A stretch of 64,000 bases of DNA from the human T2T-CHM13v2.0 reference genome, Homo sapiens (GCF_009914755.1 NC_060937.1), one strand, 5' to 3'. Shown: positions 18,279 through 32,700, numbered from the stretch's first letter. The notes: generated by a model from the sequence alone, not told the origin. Translations and numbers: made by a program.

Positions 18279-20949
18279 TGACATTAAGACCTTTTAAATA
18301 AGAATGATTTTTTTTAAAACAAGATACATAATCTTAGCATCCTGATCCATGTTTATAGTCTCTCCCAGTGATCAACTGAAGGCACTTTCCACATGTCTAA
18401 ACATTTTATAATCTAAAGTGTTAAGAGTATTATTTCAAAAGATGATTAAAAGATAACCATCCTCATCTGTCCTACTGCCCAAATTATATTGTTAACACAT
18501 TTCCTGATTCATAATATTGAAATTATATATGTATTCCCTCTCTCCTGAGACTAATGGTGACCAAGCCCAGAAGATGCAAGTGACAACAGAAGCTACCATG
18601 GGAAGAAAGGTTTTAAAAGTTTGTTTTTTAATCATATCACTGTTTTCTCTTGTAGTTATTCTTAAATTATCTTCCAAGGGCAAATTTAAATGAAAATTAA
18701 CTTTTTTCCAAACTGTAGTGATAAATAATCTTCAGTAAAACACAATAAAGAATATAATATATATCTTTTCTGATCTTACAAGGTGTTTTAGGGCTACATT
18801 CCGATTTCACAGAATTTAAGATACCGCTAAAACAAAAATTTTCTGGTTTTTAATCACGAAACTTTGATGTTAACTAACCAAGGCCCAAATAGGTAGTAAA
18901 TTCAAAACAGTCCCTGCTCTTGAGGAACTCCTGGTCTTGTGGGAGAGACTGCTAAACATAATTATAATTGAATGTGTACAGTGTCTGAAGACAACTTGTA
19001 TTAGAGCTATATTTCCTTATTTCTCAGTATGTCTTTTTGTCCCTTTCTAGAATTCCATAATTTCCACCTTATTATTCCTTTTCTCAATTATTATCTGGAA
19101 AAATTAATTTTATATTAATATCTTAAACTGGGACCCTATTCCTATAGTTAAAACTCTAGTTGAAAGTAGCATCATCTGACTTTAATTGCCTGGAAGGGCA
19201 AGCTGTGGAAAATCCTATCATGTCCTACCAATAGGAGGAAAAAGAGGTGAAAGTCAAGCCAGGAGACCACAAATGGCAATTACAAAATCATGGCAAGTTT
19301 GAATTCAAAATGAGTGTTTTTGTTTGTGTATTTTACCCGTCTTTTGTTTCTCTAAACTTAGCATCCACATAATATAGCTGTTTTTATAGAGGCTTCACTC
19401 AAATCATAACCTTTTGACTTAAAAAACATTAATATTTGTGGTAATTCTTTTAAAATTAGTTGAGTATTAGCATGATAAAATTAAAGGTTTAACAATAATA
19501 ATGGAACAATTAAGGAAACTACCTCCTAAAAGTTTATCTTTTAGAGTACAGTTTTGTACAAATAATACAGAATACATTTGGTTAGGTAACAAGGTTTTAA
19601 TTACCTGACTATTAGAAAAATAATAAAAATCTTGAAAGATAAGATTTTATCAATTTAACCATGTCTTTATCTTACCTTTTAAACAACTAAATAACACAAA
19701 CCTCACTGAAACATTTGACCTGTTTTCTTTTTCTAAAATTACAACTATTTTGCAATATGCTCAATTTTTCCAAAGCAAAACCCACAAACATACATATAGA
19801 ATATAAATGCTTAAATTCGCTTGATGAAAGTTCAATCACAAAACCCTCCAACTAATACTAAAATAATTAAATATCTTGCACGCTTACTCCAAATTCCACC
19901 GTGAAAATGATGTCTTTTCATAACTCCTATAATAGCATTTTAATCAAGGTTAGTAACAGACTGGAAAATTTGTGAAAAGAACATTACTTTAAAAATCAAC
20001 ATGAAAGATTTCACAACTTTTTTAGCCAGTCAGCTTCAAAGACACAATTTGATTCAATAAGCGTTACTGGCATATTATTTCCAATCTACGTGAAAAAACG
20101 CTTGGTTTAATAATGTACTTTAGGCTTTCTGTATCTTTTTGGTAAGGAAAGAAAGGAACAGGTGGAGTAGATTAGCCAGAGACCAAGGTCTTATTTTCAC
20201 GCCTCTATAAATTCAATCCTCCAAGACTTACTTTCTCTGTTCTTTAAAATGGCTACCACCTTGATCTACCATGCAAAAGAAAAAATGTTCAGCATACTAT
20301 CAAGATAAGTCTGGTTATTTTGATAGTTTATGTCCTCCTTTCCCACAAAATAAGATTCCCATTCCTTTACTGTTCAGATAAAATGACCATTAAATAAGTA
20401 CGCAAAAGTTGGTCAGTTGGAGTATGAGGGCAACCTATATAACCCAGATTAAGTCATCTTTCCTACCATATCTGACTAGGAAAAGTAGGCAACAATATCT
20501 TTCACAGACTAAGATCAAACACAGTAGAAATGAAAAAGGGATGTCTAGTAAAGGAGAACAAACGTGGGAACCACAACCCCCCAAGAGATTATTTTAGCAG
20601 CTCAAAATAGATTAACTATTATGTGGGTTAGCAAAAATTAAGCTTTCCATAATATTTCTAAAAAGCATTTTAGAGATAATAAAACCACTTGGCGCCCCCA
20701 AACCTGTTTTTAATGTGAACACATGCTCAACAACTATTCTGAAAATATTGTTTACATATTACTATTATTTCCTACTCCCTCTGAAACCATTCCATAACTC
20801 TTGCTCTATAAAACTTCCCATAAAAATGCATTTTTCACATACAAAACACAATATACAATGTTTTAGAGTCATTTTGTGCATACATATAGCTACTAAATAG
20901 ATTAACTTCAAATCTGTTGAATGTCTCCAGAAATATGACATGATCTTAC

Positions 20950-23861
20950 CTCTCATCCTCGCCATCCACCAGGGGTGTCGTCAGCGGTAGCACCTTCAAC
21001 GGGAAAAGAGAAGCAGAGGCTGCTAGGCTGCTGCTACTCCCATCTGAAACTGCTGACATTCCCCCACTGTCACCACTGATAGTCTGAGGTAAGCCAACTA
21101 AGGAGGGCTCCGCTGCACGCCTGGCATCTTCAATTTGGCTTCCAATTGCCTGAGCTAATGATTGTGCGGAGAACTGGGTAGAACTTAGTGGTATCTGTTG
21201 TGCCAAAGGCAAATTTGTATTAGTTGCTATCAAGGGAGGTTGACTAACACTTTGAACCAAATTACCATTTTGGGTAGCAGGGGTTTGTGCTATATTTTGT
21301 GGTGGAACCAAGTTTGTTGGGGCAGAAGGCATTCCAGAAGGACCAGTTGAACTAACCTGACTTGTAACAGAAATACTACTAGCAGAGGGCAAAGAACTAA
21401 CTGCAGGCAACTGCTGTGAAACAATTCCTTGAGCTACTGGTTCTACTCCTTGTGGCTGGGGAGGCACAGTTAACAAGGAACTTTGGGATGCAATAACCAA
21501 TTGTTGAGGAAGGCTTGGAGCACTAGTTTGAACTCCCTGATGAATAATCCCAGTTTGAGCAGGTGGAACCACTTGCGAAGATGGAGGAGCACCCTGCTGA
21601 ATAACTGAAGGTGGAACCTGGGTAGAGGGCTGCTGCACTGCAGTAGGTATGTTTGCTTGCTGACCAATATTTGCAATCTGACTGCCAGTAGGTACAGCAG
21701 ACACTGCTGCCGGAGCCTGGCCAACAGGCTGGACAGATGCCCCTGCAGGTTGTGCTGGGACTGCTGTGGGCTGCACTGGCAGCTGGATACCCTGTGGCTG
21801 AGCCACAGGAATCACTGTTGTTCCTGCTCCTACTCCTGCAGAACTGGGCTGTCCGGAGGACATTGCTGTTTGAAGAATTGGCTGCTGTTGTACATACTCT
21901 GAAGCAGGATTTTGAGTCACTGATTTGACATGGCCTGGGGCCATCTGTGTAGAAACCATTGGTTGCTGTTGTCCATACTGTAACTGTTGGGGTGGTGGTG
22001 CCCCTGGAAGGGGAGTTTGCACTGGAGGAGCCGCCTGAGAATATGGTAGCTGGGGTTGAGCCAAACTGGAAATGGAAGGCTGCTGACCTAAAGCTGAAGT
22101 TACACCAACCACATTTACAGGCGATGGCTGGATACCAGTTGCAGCACTCATAGTGGCTTGCAGAGGTACTGGCTGAAGACCTTGCTTTTGCTGATAGCTC
22201 AGTTCTTGAGACTGTAATTGTACTTGTGAGATCTGTGACTGAGAAATACTCTGTGGTATACTAACTGCTGGAATACTCTGTGGACCAGTGCTACCAAAAT
22301 CCATCTGTTGGAGGGTCACACCTTGGAGAGCTGGTTGTTGCTGTTGTTGTTGTTGTTGCTGCTGCTGCTGCTGCACCACCACAGTAGGGGCTCCCATCTC
22401 TCCACTTCCCACACTCTCTGTATAGTGACTCAGTGTGCTGACACTACTGCTCACTGAACTCCCACTAGTGCTCTCCCTTTCAGAAGTCACTTCTATCGGA
22501 TTTTGCTTTACAGTCTCCACCACTTTATTTATCAGCACACCTTCTGTAGCAGGTACAGCATTTTCTTTTTCATAGAACTCAGTGCAAGTCCATCTACCTT
22601 TTTTAAAGGGCTCAGAACTAGAATCTAACTTCACAACTCTGAACCTCGAAGTGTTAACTGTTGGTTGTTGCTGCTGACTTGAAACCGATCCCCCAGTCAT
22701 CCCTGCAGCTGCATTAGGAACACTGCTAACAGCAGCAGAGGAAGAAATAGTACCATTGCCCATGCCACTCAAGATATTCACATTAACACCACTGGTAACT
22801 CCAGGCCCAACACTCACACCAGCAGCACTAGGAATATTGCTTGTACTTATATTAACATTACCAAGCATGCTGCTTGTCACATTAGGATTAAAACTACCCA
22901 CAGCAGTAATGTTAACATTATTTACTGTACTAGTGCCAGTAACAGAATTTATACCTATTCCACCTGTAGTACTTGGAGCACGCATATTAGTCATTACAGA
23001 TGCAGGTGAACCACTGGATGATACAGCAGAAGTTGGTGCAACTGGTGTGATACTGTCAGAGCTTCCAGTTGTAGAGAGTTTTCTAGATACTGGGCTTGAG
23101 GGTGGCCCACCAGTAATGGATGCACTGGCCACAGCAACATGAGATGGATGGTGGTGACCATGTTGGAGGTGGTGCCCATGATGAATCTGATGGTGGTGAT
23201 GGAGGTGGTGTGGATGAGCATTCCCATTGATCACAACATTCTGTTGTGGAAGGTGAGGCAAATGAGGCTGAGGAAGGTGGGGCTGGTTGGGAGAGACTGC
23301 CCCAGGTGTCTCGGCTTCCTGGAAGTTATTTAGGGTCTCTTCTGAGGAGCTGCGTTCGGGCTCCCCTAAGTCAGTAGCCCTGGAAAGTGACACATCAAGG
23401 ATCTCCGAAGAAGAGAGATCTTCCGTGTGAGATTCATCCAGATCATCATAGCTCTCAGTGTCCTCTGCTATACTGTTGTTAGAGCTGATACTAGCGGAGA
23501 TCTGAGCAGGAGTAACGCTAGTTATCTGGAAGCCACTTTTCTTTTTCATTTGAGTTCCGCCTGGCGCAAGAGGCTGTGCCTGCAGCTGAGCCTGCGAAAG
23601 GAGGTTCAGGCTTTGTGGAGGCGGAGGCTGTGGTCCCGACGTAGAAGATGCTGCAGGGGGCGGCGGCTGAAGCAGCGACGGAGGCGGAAAATCCTCGGAA
23701 GATGTGGCATTACTACCGACGCCGGTACCTGCTGCATTGAGAGCAGAGGCGCTGCCACTACCGCTGCCCCTTCGAGGGAACATTGCCGGGTGCGCCATCT
23801 TCCTAGCGCTAATGTCTGCAGCGGCGGCGGCCGCGGCGGTGGACTCAGGCGGCTGGTGCAT
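20950..23861 (-). CDS. TSC22D1: TSC22 domain family member 1, long isoform (TSC22D1.1), first coding exon: 970 codons + 2 nt; the remaining exons (TSC box/leucine zipper) lie beyond position 1
   Basis: The 988-aa ORF track entry starts at a GTG; the first ATG (23861) gives [31 protein letters not shown]. Contains [26 protein letters not shown], His-rich and Q13 tracts. Ends in a consensus donor AG|GTAAGA at 20950/20949 (phase 2). Confidence 0.97.
22335..22373 (-). repeat. Coding polyglutamine repeat (CAG)5(CAA)5CAG(CAA)2 = Q13
   Basis: Read codon by codon from the minus strand. Confidence 0.95.
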
Positions 23862-24139
23862 TGTGTTGGGTACCGGGGGCGCGGAGGAGACGAGTGCAAT
23901 TTCCTTCTGCACCGTAATCTTTGTATTGGAGACGCCGGAGAGGAAAACGGGACCTGACGCTCCGCCTGGCGCGATTCCTCCTTCTCCTCCTCCTCAGCCA
24001 AAGGCGCCGGTCGCTCCTGCCTTCGAGAGCGAGCTTCGGAAAGGAGGATGAACGAGGGTGAACAGGGCGGCCGGGGACCCGAAGGGGGGATCCCTTCAGT
24101 CCTTCGCCATTCACTTTCCCCTCTAGCCTCACACCCCCC

Positions 24140-24159
24140 TTTATATTCTGCTTCACGTG
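24140..24159 (-). promoter_or_regulatory. TATA-like box (TATAAAGG, minus strand, TATAAA at 24145-24140) with adjacent E-box CACGTG (24154-24159)
   Basis: Plus-strand 'cctttatattctgcttcacgtg'; isolated AT patch in the island ~280 bp upstream of the ATG, which predicts a TSS near 24115. Confidence 0.55.
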
Positions 24160-25217
24160 GGGTGCGGGGCAGGAGGGAGGGGGAGAGCGCAGGAAGGGGA
24201 GGAAAAGCGAGAAATGCCCACCTTCTCCGGCCAACTCCGAAGCCGCCTCAGCCCCCTCCTCCCGCCGCGTCGGCGGCCGCTGCAAAGCCCTCCCGGCCGC
24301 TCTGCACGGAGGCAGCGCCAAGCAAATGTCGCCTTCCCCTCGCCACCCCCGGGGCCGCCGCCGCCGCCAGCGAGCCCCGAGCTCAGTGTCGCTCAAACCT
24401 CCCCTCCCGGCCCCGCTCGGCCCTCCCCCCGCGCCCCGCAGACCCTTTCAAACCCCCTGGGCTCGCGGCGGCTGCTCGGTGAGGAAACGCTGGCCGCGGC
24501 TGGGGCCGGGGCGACGCGGCTGCGAGCGGGGCGGCGGCGAGGCGCCCGGTACGGTGAGCCCAGCAACGAGGCGCGGGCGGGCGCGCAGAGACGCCGGGTC
24601 CTCGCGGAGCACGGCCGGGGCGCGGCGGCGGCGGTGGCAGCGGGAGCCCAGGGACCGCTCCATCACTGGCAGCCATGGAGCCCGAGCATTTTCCTCCCTC
24701 AGGGCAGGCGCCTCGACTCGGCACACGTCCTCGGGGAGGAAGGGGCCGGCACCCGAGCCTCTCCGGAGGGCGGCGGGACGTGCGCTAGGGCGGAGGGTGC
24801 GACCCTCTCTTATCCTCTTCCTCCGCAGCCGGCTCTTCCTCACCCCGCTGCTCCCGCGACCGGGCGGGAGAGGGCCGCAGGCGGCGGCGGCTCCTTTCTC
24901 CGCGGCGTTGGTGGCCAGACGGGCTGGTGCAGCGACTGCAGCCGACGCCGTTCAAAGGAACGAGGTGGGGTTGGTCGGTGTCGGCAAACGGGGCGGGGGA
25001 GTGAGTGGGTGCCGAGGGAGGGTGTCGGGCGGGGAGGGGGCTGTGGTGGTTGTTACTAGTGCTCTTCTTCGGCTCCCCCGGCTCCACCGTATCCCCCAGT
25101 CTCTCGCGGCATCGGGAGGGGAGGGACCAGCGCGGAGCGCAGGAGGAGGAGGGGCGACCGCCGGCGAGAGGAGGCGGTGGTGGCTGGGGGGAGGGGGCAG
25201 GCGGAGGAGAAGGAGGG

Positions 25218-25239
25218 AAGATGGCGTCTGCGCATGCGC
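25218..25239 (+). promoter_or_regulatory. Adjacent YY1 (AAGATGGCG) and NRF1 (TGCGCATGCGC) motifs
   Basis: Sequence aagatggcgtctgcgcatgcgc; both match known consensus motifs typical of bidirectional CpG promoters. Confidence 0.7.
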
Positions 25240-26802
25240 CTCGGCGCCGCAGACATAAAGCCGGGTCTGGCGGGGCAGGAGGCGGCGGGTCTTCGGGCCT
25301 AGGCGAGCGCCAGGTCTCCCGACGGAAATTACCGAAGGCTGGCAGAGGCGCCGAAGCCGGGAGTGGTGGAGCCGGAGGGGATAGTGGGGGTGGGGAATTC
25401 CGGCCGAAGGAGCGAATCCGGGTCGGACTGCGTGATTCGGCCCGGTGGGGGCGGGCAGGGTGCGCGCCTGCCGCGCGCCCAGGTTAGGTGTGTCCGCTCT
25501 TTTCACACTCGCGGCCGGCGCGCGCGGGCACGCGGCAGAGGAGGGGGCGCGGCGCGGAAGGGCCGGCGGAGGCGGCGGGAGCGCCGGCGCTTGGTGTGCG
25601 CGCCTTGGGTGGTGTCCCCCGCCTGCGGAATGGGTAATGAGGCTTTTCTCCGCAGCAACAGCATCACGAGTTTCAGTTCCCAGGAGCCCGCCGCCGCGGC
25701 TGCTGCCGCTGCCACGACATGAGTCAGGCTTTCTTCCCTGGCGCGTGGCGGAAACCTCCTCCCCCTCGCCGCACCTGGGCTCGCCCCCGGCCCTTGCCTC
25801 CTCGGGGGATGCCCTAGGGCCGGGAGCTGTGGGGTCTATGGAAGGCCGGTGGCTCCCGGTGATAGGTGTTGTCTTTTGTGCAGTGCAGTTGCTGCCATGC
25901 GGTCCCCTCGCCCTTCCACGGGCAGGGGCGAGGCGGCCGGGCAGATGTTGCAGCTGTTTCCAGTTAACTGCCTGAGCTCCTCTGGGCTAGGCTCTTCTCT
26001 AACGAGGAGTGGTTGCAATCCATCCTTAACTGGAGGACAGAAGCAGGCCGGCCCTGTAATCGACTGACCTCAACAGGTGTCTCCAAGCAGCGACGCCTTT
26101 TTCGTTCATCGTCCTGGCTATATCCCCCATTGGTTTGACTCAGGAGGCAAGGTGGTCCGGACATGTGAGCAACACAAATGATAAGAATGCCTTTTAGGGC
26201 TAGAAAAGAAAAAGCCATCCGAAATTCCAGTTTTAAAATACACACACACACACACGTTACATTTCATGGGTCCAAATGTAGTTCTACAGAAGCAATGTTA
26301 GGTTTGATTGGGGGCAATTTACTGGCGGTTACTTTCTTGGTATTTCATGTCAAAACCTAGTTCTAAGCGTTTCTTACCAATAATCGAGAATGTAAGTCTT
26401 TCCCAGGAATTTAAAAATGATAAAGCAAGCCGAAAAACTGTAGGGAGGAATTTTCATTTTGTTAAATTTAGGTTGTTAGGGGAATCAACGCTTATGGTTA
26501 GACCTCTGATTCAGGAAGTCTCAAGGATTTACATTCCTATTTCAGAAGATTGTTAAAGCAAAAACGATTGTCATTTGCAGTTTTGATACACCTCTAGTTG
26601 TCAGTTCAACTTTTTACCTTTAGTTTTCTCTGAACTCTTCCCCTTGTTCCAAGGGGAAGCTTTCAAAAAGTGAATTATGTCACCATTTGCATGTTATTGA
26701 ATAGAAGTGCACTCTTAACATCCCATTTATCCAGTGTCAAAGCTATGATACATTGTTGCTTTATGTGGGGTCTCCCACACTGAAAAGAAAAACCCGGACT
26801 TC

Positions 26803-26804
26803 AT

Positions 26805-26835
<31 letters not shown>

Positions 26836-26838
26836 TTA
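26803..26838. repeat. (ATTT)n microsatellite; others: (CA)n ~26239 and ~46700-46735, (TA)n(GA)n 51052-51098, (TG)-rich 51570-51625
   Basis: Read directly. Confidence 0.9.
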
Positions 26839-27669
26839 CTTTATATTGCTAATGTAAACCTCTGCTAGAAGTAAATAGGCTCTCGCAAATATTCAAAGTG
26901 ATACAGTAATAAACATCAAATATGTTTGAGAAGACTACTTGTTCTATGATATTAATATGTGATTGGTTGTTTTTATAGAACTATGGCTATTTGTGTTTTC
27001 ACAAAAATAATTTCTTTTTTACTTTTTGAGCTTTTGTTGCAAGTAATATGCCTGGTTAATCGCTGCCATCCATTGTTGAAATGCAAATTTGACATTCTTT
27101 TTCAATAGTTTTTGAATGGAAAATAGAAACTACCCTAACCGATTGAAACTGCAATGGAATGTAGATGGGTGGAATGTCCTTTCTTTGGACTGCAGTATGA
27201 AAGAAAATGCTCTTGATCTCTCAAAATGTAGCCTTAAGTCAAAGGTTTTTTGTTTTGTTTTGTTTTGTTTTTTAAGTCAAAGTTTTAAATTACCCCAAAC
27301 AGCAGCTGTATACCCTTTGGGCCACCTAAATAACTCACCATGATTGTGCTGATATGCTTTGACGCTTAATAAACACATATATTAAAGTCTTACCCAAAGC
27401 TGATAGAGTAAAAGAGCTGTTGAGATAGCCCCTCTGGAAGCAGATACTTGTTCTAATGACCAGTAGCAAAGGGTACTGTTTGAGCTGTTTTGATGGGGGA
27501 GGAAGGGTTGGGGTGTTATTCCCTTTAAAATAAAGGTTTAAAAAAAAATCCAGAATTTAAGACGTAAGAAAATAAGATCTTTTGAAGTGTATTAATTTTT
27601 GCCTGCCATATCACTTTCAAACTCCTGCTTAGGCTGCATCAAGTCCCACTAAGATATAAAGAGCAAGTC

Positions 27670-29728
<2,059 letters not shown>

Positions 29729-32700
29729 GTAATTCTCCAAAAGCAATGCCTTTGAAAAGCAGAAAGGGAATACCTGTACTCCAAATGGCTGAGCTACAAC
29801 AATAGATACTATTAAAGAGAAATGTGTACAGAAAATATGCCACTGTTCCACTCCAGTAATTATTCTGGCTAACCAGTGCTTTAGTCATGTAATATTATTA
29901 ATACTTATTTATAGCTTTTAGATGTCATCTGGGAAAAAAAAAGTCAGATGTTTAAATATGACTTATAAACTTAAATAATCACACATTTTTACATATGAAG
30001 AACCTAATGCAAGGGGATATTGCAGTATGTTTATTAATCAATTTGCTCTCTGTAAAATTTTTAATGAGACCAGGAGTGTGCCATCTCTATCAATATCGCA
30101 AAATGCTTATTTCAAAACTTTAATTTCGATTTTAATGAGTACAGTTTAGCTTATAACTGATTAATTTTGGCAGCATTTGTTAAGTTTTTCAATAGTATAT
30201 TTCAGTTCAGCTAAACAATTTTGTATCCTCAAAGGAGATAATGCTTATAAAACAGAAAAGTATAGTTATTTGAATTTGTGGTTCAGAAGGCACACTGATA
30301 CACATTAGCTCATTTAATTCTACCCTTTGAGGGAGAAGACATTATCATTCTCGTTTTAGAAGTGAGTAATCACAGGGAAGTTAAATAACTTTTCCAAGAT
30401 TCATGCCTAAATCTGAATACTCATGTCCTCTTAGTATCAGATTCTATGCCTCTGTATTTAAGGATTTTTCTGAAAAAGTCTGAGCATTAGAGACAAGTAT
30501 TTTTCAAAAATCTCTTGAAATTAATAAATGTTCCTTCAGTGCTTTTGAGTGCCAAAGAAGATGTGCCATATACACAATTTGAAACAGCATTTCTTCTGTA
30601 CGAAGAGGATAAAAGACTTTTTCCCTGTTTGAACCAATGTAAATGTTATAGATTCTTCTACACTCCTTTCTGATTTATAAACGTGTTAATTTGGAGAATG
30701 TTCTCACAACCTAAAAAAATCATTTCTAATGTCTGCTACAGTACTGTGAAGTGACATTGAAAAAAGAATTTATTAATTTATATTTTTAAAGACTATGATC
30801 AAATAGCCCTCCAAATCTTTCCAGTGTTAGCTAATTTTATTTAATGCCTACTATATACTGCACATTGTTTTCAATGCTGTAAGTGTTCTATCCCACTCAG
30901 TCCTCACAGTTATACAAAGTAAGAGCTGAAATTGCCCCATGTTACAAGTGAGGAAAGTGAGGTGCCGGGAGGTTTCAGTCTTACAACTTAACTAGAGTGG
31001 TAGGGCTAAAATGAAAATCCTGGCAGTCTAACCACCCCTTCACGGCTGCTTCCAAGGCATATTGTTAATTCAGGCTACTGCCAACTCATGCTCCCAAGTT
31101 GTTTCTACAGAATACTCATGTTTTAATTTTTCTAATTAGACATCTCCAAAGAATCTATAAGCACATTTTCTCCTATGCAGAGACATTCTAAGAATGTACA
31201 TTTTAGAGACTACTGTGGCCATGTAGGAATTAGCCATAAAGGAACAGAACAATGATTTAAGTGGGAGGATTCTTCACTGATCGAAACAGATGCCAAATGC
31301 TTGAAAAAAGGCATCAATCACACATAAGTGAGAAATGCTATCTATATAGGACAAAATAAATGTTTTCCTGTTTTAGCAGTTAGTCTTTATTGAACATAAG
31401 AGCCCGTAGAATAGAGAGAGTAATAAGAGTAATAACCTAGTCTTTTCAACATGTTCTAAGGGCCCATTTGTATTTATATATTTTTTGAATATAAAATTAT
31501 AGAAATAAACACATTTATCACATTTGTTTATATCATGATTCTAATAAGACCTTTGTCCATTCACTGTCAACAAAAATAAGGTCAAGTTGTACAAACAAAA
31601 GCGGCTGGGTGCCGTGGCTCACACCTGTAACCCCAGCACTTTGGGAGGCTGAGGCAGACCAATCGCTTGAGCCCAGGAGTTCGAGACCAGACTGGGCAAC
31701 ATGGCAAGACCTCATCTCTACAAAAAATACAAAAATTAGCTGGGTGTGGTGGTGTGCACCTGTGGTCCCAGCTACTTGGGAGGCTGAGGTGGGAGGATTG
31801 GTTGAGCCTTGGAGGTCAAGGCTGCAGTGAGCCCAGTGAGCCCATAAGCATCATGCCTCTGCACTCCAGCCTAGGCAGCAGAGAAAGACCCTGCCTCAAA
31901 AGAAATTAATGAAATTTAAAAATGAAAGCAACCAATATTCCTTTGTATTTAAAGATTACATTCACAAATATTTAGGTATATCTCAAGTCTTCAAGCTCAA
32001 AGAAAAAAGAATGGCTACTGGGGTCATTCCTTAGTCTGGAAATTTCCTTTGATCATTTATTTTCTCCCTCTGCTCTAACATATCTTTTAAGATAAGAAAA
32101 TTGATAAAATAGTTTTAAAATAATTTTTAGTAACACATTCAAATTGACATTTCCAGTTATTTTCATTGTAGAAAACAGGAAATCAGTAGTCTTAAAGGCC
32201 AACATCTTTTCTGATTTTAATACCATTAATAAAAGAAGAAAAGAAAATCCTAAATGTGTGCACTCTAAATTGGAGTCAGAGACACAAAATCAATTCCCAA
32301 AAATATTATGACCACAAAAATTTAAATGCAACAGCACAATTTACATATGGTAGATGTTTACAAAACCTTTCTAATGAATGATAAATTAGAATGATTAAAG
32401 AGGAAATGTTAGATTTTTAGACAAAATTGTGAGATGGGATTTAGGAGAAAAAGCCCAGCAAAATGATTTGTTTTATATGCAATATATACACACTTATCAC
32501 ATTCAAGAAAATTAAAAATATGACTGACTCAGCCCCTTCACTGAGTTAAACATAAAGTTAATTGCAAAGATACCAACAAAGTTTTCCATCAAAAACTGGA
32601 AAGGTCCAGGTATTTTCTTGCCACAGTTATTTATAGACAGGAATGATAATGCCAACTTAGTGGTTTAATTTCAGTGTTTCAAAAGAATTTATTCAAGAGA

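Larger units (their letters stand above)
23600..26000. promoter_or_regulatory. CpG island / bidirectional promoter of TSC22D1
   Basis: Very high GC and CpG density against AT-rich flanks; GC boxes and short CGG runs; overlaps the start of exon 1. Confidence 0.93.

Noticed and set aside
21711-21713. Codon 717 reads Pro (GQAPAAV); I recall Gln in some TSC22D1 sequences
   Set aside because: Recall cannot be verified here; needs alignment to RefSeq/dbSNP.
21470-23957. Alternative-frame and antisense ORFs overlapping exon 1
   Set aside because: Shadows of the codon bias of the real CDS; no independent evidence.
23845-25975. Many 100-310 aa overlapping ORFs on both strands
   Set aside because: Expected from stop-codon scarcity in a CpG island; R/G/A/P-rich, mostly non-ATG starts, no recognisable domain.
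32525-32533. AP-1/ARE-like TGACTCAGC (also TGAGTCA at 25720)
   Set aside because: Single short motifs without supporting context.
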